From Patescibacteria group bacterium (lineage in GTDB: Bacteria; Patescibacteriota; Minisyncoccia; Phycocordibacterales; Phycocordibacteraceae): DNA of 64,000 nt. A model generated the notes under the pieces. It saw only the letters and a program-made list of their open reading frames with translations, was not told where the DNA came from and ran no database searches. Where the stretch lies: the NCBI GenBank assembly GCA_038064595.1, contig JBBTSV010000003.1, positions 41,150 through 105,149 of the forward strand. Direction: 5' to 3'. Position 1 is the stretch's first letter; the number at the start of each line of letters is the position of its first letter. The position numbers and the translations under genes were made by a program. Shown piece by piece: positions 38,105 through 51,514 of the stretch.

Positions 38105-38929
38105 ATGGCCACCTCGTTCAATGAAATCAGTGTTCATGTTCTCGCGCGGACGGTTGTCGACCGTGAAGTGGTACGCGCATGGCTCGACGAGATGGGAGCT
38201 GACGAATTCGAGATCCCCTCGGAGGAAGCAGTAACCGACCCGGCACTCCTGGTGGCGCTTGCGGCTAAGCAGTGCTACATGGCGTTCCAGCCGGGGCTCA
38301 ACCCCAACGTCAACAAAGTGCGCAGTGACATGGTCGACTACCTCGACAACGTCCTGAAGCAGCGGCACGGCTCGGTGCTCGAGCACGCCGTCTTCACCCT
38401 CGGCATCAACGGCTGTTCGCGCGTCTTCACGGGCGAGATGAATCGACACCGCGCAGGCGTCGGCATCTCGGAGCGGAGCATGCGTTACATCCGCTACACC
38501 AACATCCGCTTCTGGATGCCGGAGTGCTTTCGCGCGGTCGAGAGCGACTCACCCGAGATCGCCGACAAGAAGACGCGCAGCCGTACGCTTCTGGCCGAGC
38601 AATTCGCGAGTCAGGAGCGCATGATGAGCACCTTTGCGCACATCTGGCAGGAAGAGCTCGCGCCGACGAGCACCTTCCACGCCAAGAAGGTGCTCACCTC
38701 GGCGTTCCGGCGCGGCATCGGGATGGGGATCGCCACCGGCGGCGTATGGTCGCTCAACCTGCGCGCGCTCCGGCACGTCGTCGCTCTCCGCACAGATGCC
38801 GGTGCCGAAGAAGAGATCGCGCATGTCCTGCGGAAGGTGGGCGAGATCATGATCGCGCAGGTACCCGAACTGTTCCAGGACTTCAAGCTGGTCAACGGCT
38901 CGATGGTTCCCGAGTACGAGAAGGTCTGA
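38105..38929 (+). CDS. thyX: FAD-dependent thymidylate synthase ThyX
   Basis: ThyX motif SVLEHAVFT...NRHRAGVGISERS (RHR-x-S). GGAGG RBS before the ATG at 38105. Confidence 0.85.
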   Translation: MATSFNEISVHVLARTVVDREVVRAWLDEMGADEFEIPSEEAVTDPALLVALAAKQCYMAFQPGLNPNVNKVRSDMVDYLDNVLKQRHGSVLEHAVFTLGINGCSRVFTGEMNRHRAGVGISERSMRYIRYTNIRFWMPECFRAVESDSPEIADKKTRSRTLLAEQFASQERMMSTFAHIWQEELAPTSTFHAKKVLTSAFRRGIGMGIATGGVWSLNLRALRHVVALRTDAGAEEEIAHVLRKVGEIMIAQVPELFQDFKLVNGSMVPEYEKV

Positions 38930-38973
38930 CCTTCGAGGGGCGTCAGTTAGCGGCGGGACGTGTCCCGCCGCTT

Positions 38974-39651
38974 TCATTTTTTCTTCGCGTCGCGGTCAGT
39001 CCAGAGCCGTGGGATCATCGCCTGGGGCGTCCAGCTTTTCTTCAACTTTTTTATATCGTGCGAGTTCGCGTACTTACCGGTCGAGGTGTAATCGCGAGCG
39101 AGAATCGGCCCGGTCTCAAAGAAGACAATCTGCGCAATGCGTCGCCCCACCACGAGCGGGATGATGTAGTTTTTAGAGTTATTGGTGATCTCCATCGTCC
39201 AACGGTTGACGTAGCCTACGTCGCCCCAGCCGGCACACTTGCACACCTCGATAAAATTGCGCCCCATCGAGGAGCGCGCCTTCATCATCGTCGTGATCGA
39301 GTCACGGCCGCCGATAAATTCGTTGGTGTGTCCAAGTACCGTCTCACCCGGCCGGAGCATAATAACCTTGTCGTTTGGTTTAATGCCGTCCCATTCAAAA
39401 TGATATTTCTTGAATGCCTCTTTGGCCCTGATAGCGCGTTCAGGCTTATCTGCTCCCCACACATGGCGTGTGTGCTCCTCGCTCCAGATGTTATAGAGGG
39501 AGTGGTTATAGTTTGGTGGCTGCTCGCGAAAGAACCATTCGCCAAGCGTTACATCGTAGCTTGAGGTCGCTAAGTGCGCACGCTTAAAGGGCTCGATCAT
39601 AATCGTCCCCGCCTTCTTATGCTCAAGTATTTTCCGGTCAGATAAGGCCAT
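38974..39651 (-). CDS. dcd: dCTP deaminase family protein
   Basis: MALSDRKILEHKKAGTIMIEP N-terminus, typical of Dcd. Confidence 0.75.
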   Translation of the reverse strand: MALSDRKILEHKKAGTIMIEPFKRAHLATSSYDVTLGEWFFREQPPNYNHSLYNIWSEEHTRHVWGADKPERAIRAKEAFKKYHFEWDGIKPNDKVIMLRPGETVLGHTNEFIGGRDSITTMMKARSSMGRNFIEVCKCAGWGDVGYVNRWTMEITNNSKNYIIPLVVGRRIAQIVFFETGPILARDYTSTGKYANSHDIKKLKKSWTPQAMIPRLWTDRDAKKK

Positions 39652-39710
39652 TGTGGCGATTATACTCCTTTCCCTGTACCATTGCTCGCGGGTCAACAAA
39701 AGGAGATCCC

Positions 39711-40346
39711 ATGGGCCAGTACATTGTGTTTGACGGAATGGATGGGTCGGGCAAGGGCACCCAGATGAAGCTCTTGCAGGAACGGTTCGGTGCCACGGCT
39801 GTGTTCACCCGAGAACCGGGTGGAACGCCGTTCGCCGAGGAAATCCGGAGAGTCGTCCGCGACAACCCGCTCGCGGCTACCTCGACGGGGCTCAACAACT
39901 TCCTCTTGTTCTGGGCGGCACGCGAGGAGCTACAGCAGAATCTCGTGGCACCGGCGCTTCAGGCAGAGAGGCACGTGTTCTCTGACCGGGGCGACTCGTC
40001 GACCTACGCGTTTCAGCTGTGGGGCGAACAACATCGCGAGTTGCTGGGTCTGTTCAAGCTCTTGCGTTACTTCGTGTTCGAGAAGTCGCGCGAGCGTCGC
40101 GCGCCCGATCTCTACATCATCTTCGACTTGCACCCGCGAATCGCGCGCGAGCGGGTGATGGCAGACAGCGCGCGCGAGCAGAACCACTTCGACATGCGCG
40201 ATCTCGAGTACTACCAGCGGGTTCGTGAGGGGTTCCACAGCTTCGCGAGCCAGTGGCCAGCGGTATTTCTCGATGCGACGCGGCCTCCTGCCGAGGTTCA
40301 CCAGGACGTTCTCGATCTGCTCGCGTCTCGGGGGATCGTTCCTTGA
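39711..40346 (+). CDS. tmk: thymidylate kinase
   Basis: P-loop FDGMDGSGKGTQ. AGGAG RBS. Confidence 0.85.
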   Translation: MGQYIVFDGMDGSGKGTQMKLLQERFGATAVFTREPGGTPFAEEIRRVVRDNPLAATSTGLNNFLLFWAAREELQQNLVAPALQAERHVFSDRGDSSTYAFQLWGEQHRELLGLFKLLRYFVFEKSRERRAPDLYIIFDLHPRIARERVMADSAREQNHFDMRDLEYYQRVREGFHSFASQWPAVFLDATRPPAEVHQDVLDLLASRGIVP

Positions 40347-40409
40347 ACACAACACCGGCGCGCCTTGGCGCGCCGGCACATTTTTAGATAGTAAGGTAGG
40401 ATAGAAATC

Positions 40410-41672
40410 ATGCAGTTTTCGAACATCAAGAAACAGGATAAGGCGGTCTATGAGGCCATTGTCGGCGAGGAGAAACGACAGAAGGAGGGGCTCGAGCTCA
40501 TCCCGAGTGAGAATTATGTGAGCCGAGCGGTGAAGGAGGCGATGGCCTCCTCCCTCACCAATAAATACTCGGAGGGGTATCCGGGTCGCCGCTACTACGG
40601 CGGCCAGGAGTATACCGATCAGGTAGAGCTGCTCGCTATCGAGCGCGCCAAGAAGCTCTTTGGTGCTAAGTATGCCAACGTACAGGCCCTGGGCGGCGCC
40701 AATGCCAACATCGCCATGTACTTCGCCCTCCTTAACCCCGGCGACACGATCCTCGGGATGGACCTCTCGCACGGCGGGCACCTCACGCACGGCCACCCCG
40801 TGACGTATCTCACCAAGATCTTCAACTTCCAGAGGTACAAGATGAAGAATATCGAGACGGGTGAAATAGACTATGCCGAGATGCGCCGCACGGCAAAAAA
40901 GATTAAGCCCAAGATTATCCTCGCCGGCTTCTCGGCCTATCCGCGCGAGCTCGACTATAAAAAGTTCGTCTCGATCGCACGCGAGGTCGGTGCAATAGCG
41001 GTGATGGATATCGCACACATTGCTGGCCTCATCGCAGGGAAGGCAGTTAAGAATCCTTTCGACTACGGCTTTGACATCATGACGAGCACGACCCACAAGA
41101 CGCTCCGGGGCCCGCGTGGCGGCTTGATTCTCGTGCGCGAAAGCGAAGAACTCGCGAAGTCGATTGATAAGGCGATATTCCCTGGCCTTCAGGGCGGCCC
41201 GCACATGCACCAGATTGCCGCCAAGGCCGTCGCCTTCGGCGAGGCGCTGAAGCCGTCGTTTAAGAAGTATGCGAAGCAGATATTGAAAAACACCAAGGCG
41301 ATGGAGCAGGCCTTCAAGAAGCATAAGGCGCGCATGATCACGGGCGGGTCTGACAATCACCTGATTCTTCTCGATGTGTGGACCTCGTTCGGGATCTCGG
41401 GCGGGGAAGCAGAGGCGCTGCTCGACAGAGCTGGCATCACGCTCAATAAAAACGCGATCGCTGACGACACGCGCAAGCCGATGGACCCCTCCGGGATCCG
41501 CTTCGGCACACCGGCGATGACGACGCGCGGCTTTAAAGAAAAGGACGCCAAGCGTGTCGCCGAGATAATGATCGAGGTGCTTACGAAGCGTGACGACGTG
41601 GCCGTGAAGCGCTCTCGGCAGGAGATCAAGAAGCTCGCGCTCACTCACCCGATCCCCGAATCATTTTCCTAG
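40410..41672 (+). CDS. glyA: serine hydroxymethyltransferase
   Basis: SHMT motifs LIPSENY and TTHKTLRGPRGG. Confidence 0.95.
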   Translation: MQFSNIKKQDKAVYEAIVGEEKRQKEGLELIPSENYVSRAVKEAMASSLTNKYSEGYPGRRYYGGQEYTDQVELLAIERAKKLFGAKYANVQALGGANANIAMYFALLNPGDTILGMDLSHGGHLTHGHPVTYLTKIFNFQRYKMKNIETGEIDYAEMRRTAKKIKPKIILAGFSAYPRELDYKKFVSIAREVGAIAVMDIAHIAGLIAGKAVKNPFDYGFDIMTSTTHKTLRGPRGGLILVRESEELAKSIDKAIFPGLQGGPHMHQIAAKAVAFGEALKPSFKKYAKQILKNTKAMEQAFKKHKARMITGGSDNHLILLDVWTSFGISGGEAEALLDRAGITLNKNAIADDTRKPMDPSGIRFGTPAMTTRGFKEKDAKRVAEIMIEVLTKRDDVAVKRSRQEIKKLALTHPIPESFS

Positions 41673-41696
41673 CACGCCCCATTGGGACGACGAGGT

Positions 41697-41714
41697 GGTA
41701 TGATATATCATACC
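41697..41714. repeat. 18-nt perfect palindrome GGTATGATATATCATACC, copy A (glyA/yerC intergenic, followed by TTT)
   Basis: Exact match to copies B-D. Confidence 0.9.
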
Positions 41715-41729
41715 TTTAGCGTTTTACCC

Positions 41730-42158
41730 ATGACTCACATTTCCAAGAAAAGGATCAAGAAAGAAGTCGCGACAGAGCTCGCAGATCAGTTTCTGACTTT
41801 TCTATCACTCGCAACGAGTAAAAAGGAGGCACGCATTCTTGCCAACGAACTCCTTTCACAGACGGAGCGTGTGATGCTCGCGAAGCGTCTCGCGGTGGTC
41901 GTGCTCCTGGTGCGCGGGTACTCGTTTGGACAAATCGAAGAGGCGCTCGGGGTCACGCGCCAGACAGCTATACGAGTGTGGAAAGACGTAAAGCTCGGGA
42001 AGTATGACCACATAGCGCGCTATGCACGAAAACATACCAATCACTTCAAAAAAGAAGCATTTATAGAAAAACTCATCCGCACCATTCATCTTGGCATGCC
42101 TCCACGCGCGGGGAAGGGTCGTTGGAAATTTCTCGACAAATCCCTCTCGGGCTCATGA
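41730..42158 (+). CDS. TrpR-like YerC/YecD family DNA-binding protein
   Basis: LAKRLAVVVLLVRGYSFGQIEEALGVTRQTAIRV HTH resembles YerC. Start set at MTHISKK. Confidence 0.6.
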   Translation: MTHISKKRIKKEVATELADQFLTFLSLATSKKEARILANELLSQTERVMLAKRLAVVVLLVRGYSFGQIEEALGVTRQTAIRVWKDVKLGKYDHIARYARKHTNHFKKEAFIEKLIRTIHLGMPPRAGKGRWKFLDKSLSGS

Positions 42159-42160
42159 GT

Positions 42161-42186
42161 AAAAGGTATGATATATCATACCTTTT
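42161..42186. repeat. palindrome copy B, extended to AAAAGGTATGATATATCATACCTTTT (likely bidirectional terminator)
   Basis: 26-nt perfect palindrome between the yerC-like gene and argS. Confidence 0.85.
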
Positions 42187-42230
42187 GTCCCGACCGTAAA
42201 CCGTAAGGGGGGTTTGCTATACTCAAACAT

Positions 42231-43913
42231 ATGGAGGAGAAGATACAGAAGGCAGTACAGGGGGCGCTTGCGGATATGGGCGCAGGCGACGTTGCGTTTG
42301 CGATTGGGCGGCCGAACGGGGTGAGCTTCGGCGATTACGCGACCAACGCGGCACTGGTAGCAGCAAAGCAGCTGGGTAAGAATCCGCGCGAGCTCGCCGA
42401 ACAGCTCGCAGACACACTCAGGTCCTCGACTACGCTCGGACCGACCTCGATTGCTGCAATCGAGGTCGCGGGGCCTGGATTTGTGAATATTACGCTCGCG
42501 CGCGAGGCAGTGGCGCTTGCGGTGGCCGAGGCCGAGGTGCAGGGGAGTGAGTGGGGGAAGGGGACCGCGAGCTCCGGCGTGCGCACGATTGTCGAGTACG
42601 GGAACCCCAACGCTTTTAAAGAGATGCACATCGGGCATTTGGTGGGGACGGTAGTCGGCGAGTCTGTGGCGCGACTTATTGAGAATGCTGGCGCGACCTT
42701 GGCGCGCGACACCTTCGGCGGCGACATCGGCCCAAACGTCGCGAAGGCGCTCTGGGGGCTGCAGAAAGCGGGTGTCACGGAGCCGAGCGCGACTGATCTT
42801 GGTACCGCGTATGCCGCTGGCTCAAACGCGTATGACACCGATGAGACCGCGAAGGTAGAGATAGACGCGCTCAATCAGGCGATCTATGCGGGGAGCGACG
42901 CGGCGCTGATGGATCTTTGGCGCCGCGGGCGCGAGGTCTCGATGGAGGAGTTCCGTCGTATTTGGAAATTGCTCGGCACGCACTTTGACTTTGAATTTTT
43001 CGACAGCGACACGACCGAGACGGGACTGCGAGTAGTGAAGGACGGCCTCGAGAAGGGCGTGTTCGAGATGAGTGACGGCGCAGTTATCTATAACGGAGAG
43101 AAAAAGGGTGTGCACACAATGGTTTTCATCACCTCACATAACACGCCTACCTATGAGGCTAAAGATATCGGTCTCGCGTTTCTTAAAGAGGAGCGATGGC
43201 CCTCGGACAAGGTAATTATCGTCACTGGCAATGAACAGACCGGCCGTTTCAGAACCGTTCTTTCGGCGCTCGCAGAGCTCGCGCCGAACCTCGCAGCCAA
43301 GATGGAGCACCTCGCGACCGGTTTTCTCAAACTCACTTCAGGCAAGATGTCTTCGCGAGAGGGAAATGTCGTCACTGCTGCAGACTTCATTACGAGTGTT
43401 GTCGAGAAGACGAGTGAGAAGAATGCTGACCCACTCGTCGCAGAGCAGGTGGCGGTGGGCGCGATCAAGTATATGATTCTGCGTCAAGCGCCAGGATCCG
43501 ACATTATTTTTGACGAAGCAAAGTCACTCTCACTTGAGGGCGACTCGGGGCCATATCTGCAGTACGCGCTGGTGCGCGCTAAGTCAGTCGTCGCAAAAAC
43601 AGACGAGACGAACTCGTCAAAAGGTATGATATATCATACCAGTAGCACCAAACACTCGGATGAAGCATATGTGCTGGAGCGAATCACGCTGCACTTCCCG
43701 GAGGTGGCGGCGCGCGCCGCGAGCTCGCGTGCGCCCAATCTCTTGGTGAACTACCTCACCGAGCTCGCGGGGGAGTGGAATGCGTTTTATGCCAAAGAAA
43801 GAATCATTGGTGGCGAGCACGAGGCGCACAAGCTCTTGGTCGCGCGTGCGTTCATCAATACGATGACCAACGGACTCACTTTGCTCGGTATCCCCACCCC
43901 AGAGAGGATGTAG
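42231..43913 (+). CDS. argS: arginine--tRNA ligase
   Basis: HIGH (MHIGHLVG) and KMSK-like (KMSSREGNV) motifs. Contains palindrome copy C in frame. Confidence 0.95.
   Translation: MEEKIQKAVQGALADMGAGDVAFAIGRPNGVSFGDYATNAALVAAKQLGKNPRELAEQLADTLRSSTTLGPTSIAAIEVAGPGFVNITLAREAVALAVAEAEVQGSEWGKGTASSGVRTIVEYGNPNAFKEMHIGHLVGTVVGESVARLIENAGATLARDTFGGDIGPNVAKALWGLQKAGVTEPSATDLGTAYAAGSNAYDTDETAKVEIDALNQAIYAGSDAALMDLWRRGREVSMEEFRRIWKLLGTHFDFEFFDSDTTETGLRVVKDGLEKGVFEMSDGAVIYNGEKKGVHTMVFITSHNTPTYEAKDIGLAFLKEERWPSDKVIIVTGNEQTGRFRTVLSALAELAPNLAAKMEHLATGFLKLTSGKMSSREGNVVTAADFITSVVEKTSEKNADPLVAEQVAVGAIKYMILRQAPGSDIIFDEAKSLSLEGDSGPYLQYALVRAKSVVAKTDETNSSKGMIYHTSSTKHSDEAYVLERITLHFPEVAARAASSRAPNLLVNYLTELAGEWNAFYAKERIIGGEHEAHKLLVARAFINTMTNGLTLLGIPTPERM
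43621..43640. repeat. palindrome copy C inside argS (in-frame, encodes KGMIYHTS)
   Basis: AAGGTATGATATATCATACC within the coding sequence. Confidence 0.85.
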
Positions 43914-44269
43914 CTTGCGTGAAGTGAGACTTCACGGTAAATTCACGCGCACAGGCCGTTCACTCCCGGACGGACCTGCAACCAAGGAGTTCTCGATGAC
44001 GACAGCACAGAAGCGGCGCCACGCGCTGCATCGCATCCTTCGTTCCGGCGATACCCCGGAGCCCGTCAATCCGACGGACAAGAAAGAGGCGATGATCGAT
44101 GCGCTGGGCAGCGAGTCCACGAAGGACGTGAAGCCGCAAATGACCCGGCCGCCGGCCCACTCGGGCTACCACGCCGGCGCTCGGCGCTGAAGCGCCACTT
44201 CCAGGAAGTACGACAGCCGCCCCGCGCGGCTGTTCCCTTTTTAGCCTGTAAACGCTACGATACGCAGAT

Positions 44270-47648
<3,379 letters not shown>

Positions 47649-47659
<11 letters not shown>

Positions 47660-48209
47660 ATACCATACGCGCGGAATCATACTTACCCGCACTTCTGTGG
47701 GCGAGGCAAACGCCCTCATTACGGTGCTCGCCGCTGAGCTTGGACTGGTGCGTGCACGTGCGCAAGGCGTCCGCCGCTCGGGAGCAAAGCTCGCGCCGGC
47801 ACTCACCACATTTGCCGAGAGTACCCTTGTTGTGGTGCGGGGAAGGGAGGGGTGGAGGATTGCCGGCGCGGTACTCGAGACGCCGTGGTTCGCTCGGTTT
47901 ACCACCCGGGAGACGCGTGATACTGCTGCCCGTGTCGTTGGACTCGTTATCCGTCTTGCACCAGGTGAGGGTGAAAACACCGAGCTGTTTTCGATTCTCG
48001 AGAGTTTTTTTACTGCGCTCGCGACCTGCTCACCTGAAATGTATGAAGCGATCGAAATTCTTGCCGCACTTCGTATTCTTGCTGTACTCGGTTTTGATGC
48101 CGGAGGAATACCCACAGGATTTTCTCTGAAGGTACTCAAGAAAGTAATGAGTGAACGTCTCGTCTATATCGCACGGGTGAATCGGGGTATCGAAGCGTCG
48201 GGACTCTAA
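47649..48209 (+). CDS. recO: DNA repair protein RecO (short form)
   Basis: N-terminal OB-fold pattern [21 protein letters not shown]. Confidence 0.65.
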
Positions 48210-48230
48210 GGACTTGCTATACTAGGGGAT

Positions 48231-50138
48231 ATGCCTTCGCCGTCTGATGATGATTTGAGTTCACTCGAGCGCGCTCGAGAACGTCTCTACCAGCCTGTTG
48301 CGCCCACTCCCGTGCGCCGTTCCCTCGAGGCCGAACATTTTGGAGGTACCCCGCATGTGTGGGAGGACGATCCGTTGCAGAAAGTTGCAGCACAAGTTGC
48401 ATCTCAGCAACTCTCTGGAGGGAAAAAGCATGTGCGCCTTGCCAGTATCTTTTTTGTCGGCGCGTTTCTCTTTTTCCTCGTATCGCTCGCCGCAACCATT
48501 TTTGTATTTTTTGTGGGTGGAAACTCGGTCTCCGTCGACAAGGTTTCTCTTACTTTCGAAGGGCCAACCACAATCACGGGTGGTGACACCGCCTCCCTCG
48601 TTGTGACCATTACGAATACCAACGCGGTACCGATCAACGATGCGACAATCGAGATAACGTTCCCTTCAAGCACACGCAGTGCCGATGATGCCACTAAGCC
48701 GTATCCGCGTTATACCGAAAACCTCGGGACGCTTGCGAGCGGTGCGACTGTGACACGATCTCTCAAGGCGCGGTTCTTTGGCGGGCAGGGTGATGCGCTC
48801 AAGACATCAGCCTCTCTCTCTTATGCCGCTACGGGCTCTAATGCCGTATTTGTAAAAGAGACAACGTATGCGCTCACCGTGTCTACGACGCCGCTCGCGC
48901 TCACGGTCGAGACCGTTTCTGAAGTTGTGTCAGGCCAGCTTCTGACACTCGCAATCACAGCACGCTCAAATGCGAGTGTGCCACTCACCAACGTTGTCGT
49001 GAATAGTGTCATGCCATTTGGTTTTACGGTGCAGGACTCTTCGCTCCCGCTCAGCAATGGAAGCTTCCTTATCGGGACACTCGCGCCGGGTGCGACAAAG
49101 CGCATCACGCTCTCTGGCACGCTCAGTGGGCAGCAGAATGATCAGCGAGCGTTCCATTTTTCTATTGGGACCGCAAAGACAGCCAATGATCAGGCCCTCG
49201 CCGTTAACTACATGACCCAGAACATTTCTGTGGGCATTGTCGCTCCGTTTATTAACACCACTCTAGCGATCAATGGTGACACGGGAGCCACGGGCGTACT
49301 CACGGCCGGAGCGCAACAAAACATCACCGTTTCGTACACGAATACGCTCACCACTACTGTCACAAATGCAAATATTGCCGTGGCGATCACTGGCGCAGCG
49401 GTTGATTATGAGAGTCTTCGTACCGAGAATGGCTTCTATCGCTCGAGCGACCACACAATCGTTTTCAGTCGTGACACTGACCCGGCTCTTGCAGTGCTCG
49501 CTCCGGGTGCTTCAGGTCTGGGGACCTTCTCCTTCTCAACACTGCCGGTGAACGCGCTCTCTGCGTCACCGAGTGTCACCCTCACCACCTCGGTGTCAGG
49601 GACGCGCGTCGGACAGACAAATGTCCCCGAACAGGTGACCGCGTCAGCGATGCGTGTCGCGAAGGTGACCACGCTGCCGACCTTGAGTGCAGCATCGCTT
49701 CGCATGGGTGGGCCGCTTACCTCAAGTGGGCCGATCCCACCGCGCGTGGGACAGGCCACGACCTACACAGTTTTGTGGAGCATACGTACCCACGGAGGCG
49801 CGCTTGCGGGCAACACACTCTCAGCCACACTCCCAAGCTATGTCACCTACACGGGAGCAACTTCAGGTGCGGGCAGTTTCTCATATAATCCAGGTGCTCG
49901 TACGGTTACCTGGGGTGTTGGTGACCTTGGTGCCAACTCAAGCGCGCAAGGATACTTCCAGGTTTCGATTACGCCCTCAACCTCACAGCGAGGAACCTCG
50001 CCGGCGCTTACGGGCGGCGTAACCTATAGCGGCTATGATCGCTTTGCGGGGGTACAAGCCAATGCGACGACCGAGGCGGTGACCACTGAAACGCCGACCG
50101 ACCTAGGGTATGTCGCGGGGAAGGGAGTTGTGCAATAA
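48231..50138 (+). CDS. large membrane-anchored surface protein with repeated beta-rich (Ig/DUF11-like) domains
   Basis: N-terminal TM helix followed by Thr/Ser/Val/Ala-rich repetitive modules. Confidence 0.5.
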   Translation: MPSPSDDDLSSLERARERLYQPVAPTPVRRSLEAEHFGGTPHVWEDDPLQKVAAQVASQQLSGGKKHVRLASIFFVGAFLFFLVSLAATIFVFFVGGNSVSVDKVSLTFEGPTTITGGDTASLVVTITNTNAVPINDATIEITFPSSTRSADDATKPYPRYTENLGTLASGATVTRSLKARFFGGQGDALKTSASLSYAATGSNAVFVKETTYALTVSTTPLALTVETVSEVVSGQLLTLAITARSNASVPLTNVVVNSVMPFGFTVQDSSLPLSNGSFLIGTLAPGATKRITLSGTLSGQQNDQRAFHFSIGTAKTANDQALAVNYMTQNISVGIVAPFINTTLAINGDTGATGVLTAGAQQNITVSYTNTLTTTVTNANIAVAITGAAVDYESLRTENGFYRSSDHTIVFSRDTDPALAVLAPGASGLGTFSFSTLPVNALSASPSVTLTTSVSGTRVGQTNVPEQVTASAMRVAKVTTLPTLSAASLRMGGPLTSSGPIPPRVGQATTYTVLWSIRTHGGALAGNTLSATLPSYVTYTGATSGAGSFSYNPGARTVTWGVGDLGANSSAQGYFQVSITPSTSQRGTSPALTGGVTYSGYDRFAGVQANATTEAVTTETPTDLGYVAGKGVVQ

Positions 50139-50147
50139 TCCAGGTCT

Positions 50148-51473
50148 ATGACAGATCAGAACCTCATGGAGAAGATCGTCTCGCTCTGTAAGCGCCGGGG
50201 CTTTGTTTTCCCGGGCTCCGAGATCTACGGCGGTCTCGCCGGCACGTATGATTATGGGCCCATGGGTGTGGTGCTGAAAGAAAATGTCGAGCGTCTCTGG
50301 CTCCAGATGTTTCGTGACAGTCGAGACGATATGTACGGTGTCGATGCCTCGATTTTAATGAATCCAAAAGTATGGGAATCATCAGGTCATGTCGCCGGAT
50401 TCTCTGATCCGCTAGTGGAATGCGAGAAATGTCACCATCGCTTCCGCGCTGATCAACTAGACGACCCAACAAAATGCACGGACTGTGGAGGAAAACTTGG
50501 TGGGGCGCGCCAATTTAATATGATGTTCGCGACGAAGGCAGGAGCGTCAGAAGATGATTCTGCGACCGTATATCTTCGACCCGAAACAGCCGGTGGCATC
50601 TTCACGAACTTCAAGAACGTAGTCGACGCACTTCACCCGAAGTTGCCTTTCGGTATTGCGCAGATAGGGAAGGCGTTCCGCAATGAGATTGCGCCGCGTG
50701 ATTTCATCTTTCGCTTGCGCGAGCTGGTTGCGATGGAAGTCGAGTATTTCGTAAGGCCCGACCAATGGGAGCTTGCGTTCGAGGAATGGCGCAACATTAT
50801 GCATGCCTATGCAGATGCGGTAGGAATCCCGAGTGGCATGGTACATGAGCTCGAAGTGTCGGACAGCGATCGTGCCCACTACTCGAAGCGTACTATCGAT
50901 TTTGAATTCGACTACCCATTCGGCAGAAAAGAACTGTGGGGACTCGCGTACCGCACGGATTTCGATCTCTCGGCCCATCAGACGGGCTCGAGCGTGAATC
51001 TCGAATATCAGGACGAAGAAACGAAGAGCAAATTTATTCCACACGTGATTGAACCAGCTCTTGGTGTTGATCGCACTATTCTCGCAATCCTGACAAGCGC
51101 CTATCGCGAAGATGAGCTCGGCGGTGAGGTGCGCACCTATCTCGCACTCGCGCCCAAGATCGCACCGGTCAAAGCGATGGTCTCGCCACTTCTTAAGAAC
51201 AAGCCCGAGCTCGTTGAGAAGGCGCGCGAAGTGAGGAAGGAGTTACAAAAAGTGCATCCGGCGATAGCGTGGGACGACAACGGCAACATCGGCAAACGCT
51301 ACCGTCGTCAAGACGAGATCGGCACACCCTTCTGTATCACCGTCGACTTCGACACTCTTGGCGAATCTCCTGATCTTAAGGACACCATCACCCTACGTCA
51401 TCGCGATACGGGTGAACAGGAACGTCTCACGATCGTCGAAGTAGCTGACCGACTCCGCTCCGCCCTCGCGTAA
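50148..51473 (+). CDS. glyQS: glycine--tRNA ligase (alpha2 type)
   Basis: FVFPGSEIYGGLAGTYDYGP class II motif set. Confidence 0.95.
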   Translation: MTDQNLMEKIVSLCKRRGFVFPGSEIYGGLAGTYDYGPMGVVLKENVERLWLQMFRDSRDDMYGVDASILMNPKVWESSGHVAGFSDPLVECEKCHHRFRADQLDDPTKCTDCGGKLGGARQFNMMFATKAGASEDDSATVYLRPETAGGIFTNFKNVVDALHPKLPFGIAQIGKAFRNEIAPRDFIFRLRELVAMEVEYFVRPDQWELAFEEWRNIMHAYADAVGIPSGMVHELEVSDSDRAHYSKRTIDFEFDYPFGRKELWGLAYRTDFDLSAHQTGSSVNLEYQDEETKSKFIPHVIEPALGVDRTILAILTSAYREDELGGEVRTYLALAPKIAPVKAMVSPLLKNKPELVEKAREVRKELQKVHPAIAWDDNGNIGKRYRRQDEIGTPFCITVDFDTLGESPDLKDTITLRHRDTGEQERLTIVEVADRLRSALA

Positions 51474-51514
51474 GCGTCTGCCCCTGGCCCGGGCAGATAT
51501 GTTAGGATGCCCCT

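Noticed and set aside
39930-41648. 572-aa minus-strand ORF
   Set aside because: It is entirely antisense to the well-supported tmk and glyA genes, has a high-GC Arg/Leu-rich frame-shadow composition and no motifs.
43915-44190. 91-aa ORF between argS and ileS
   Set aside because: Small and basic/Pro-rich with no motif or RBS evidence. It may be intergenic leader sequence.
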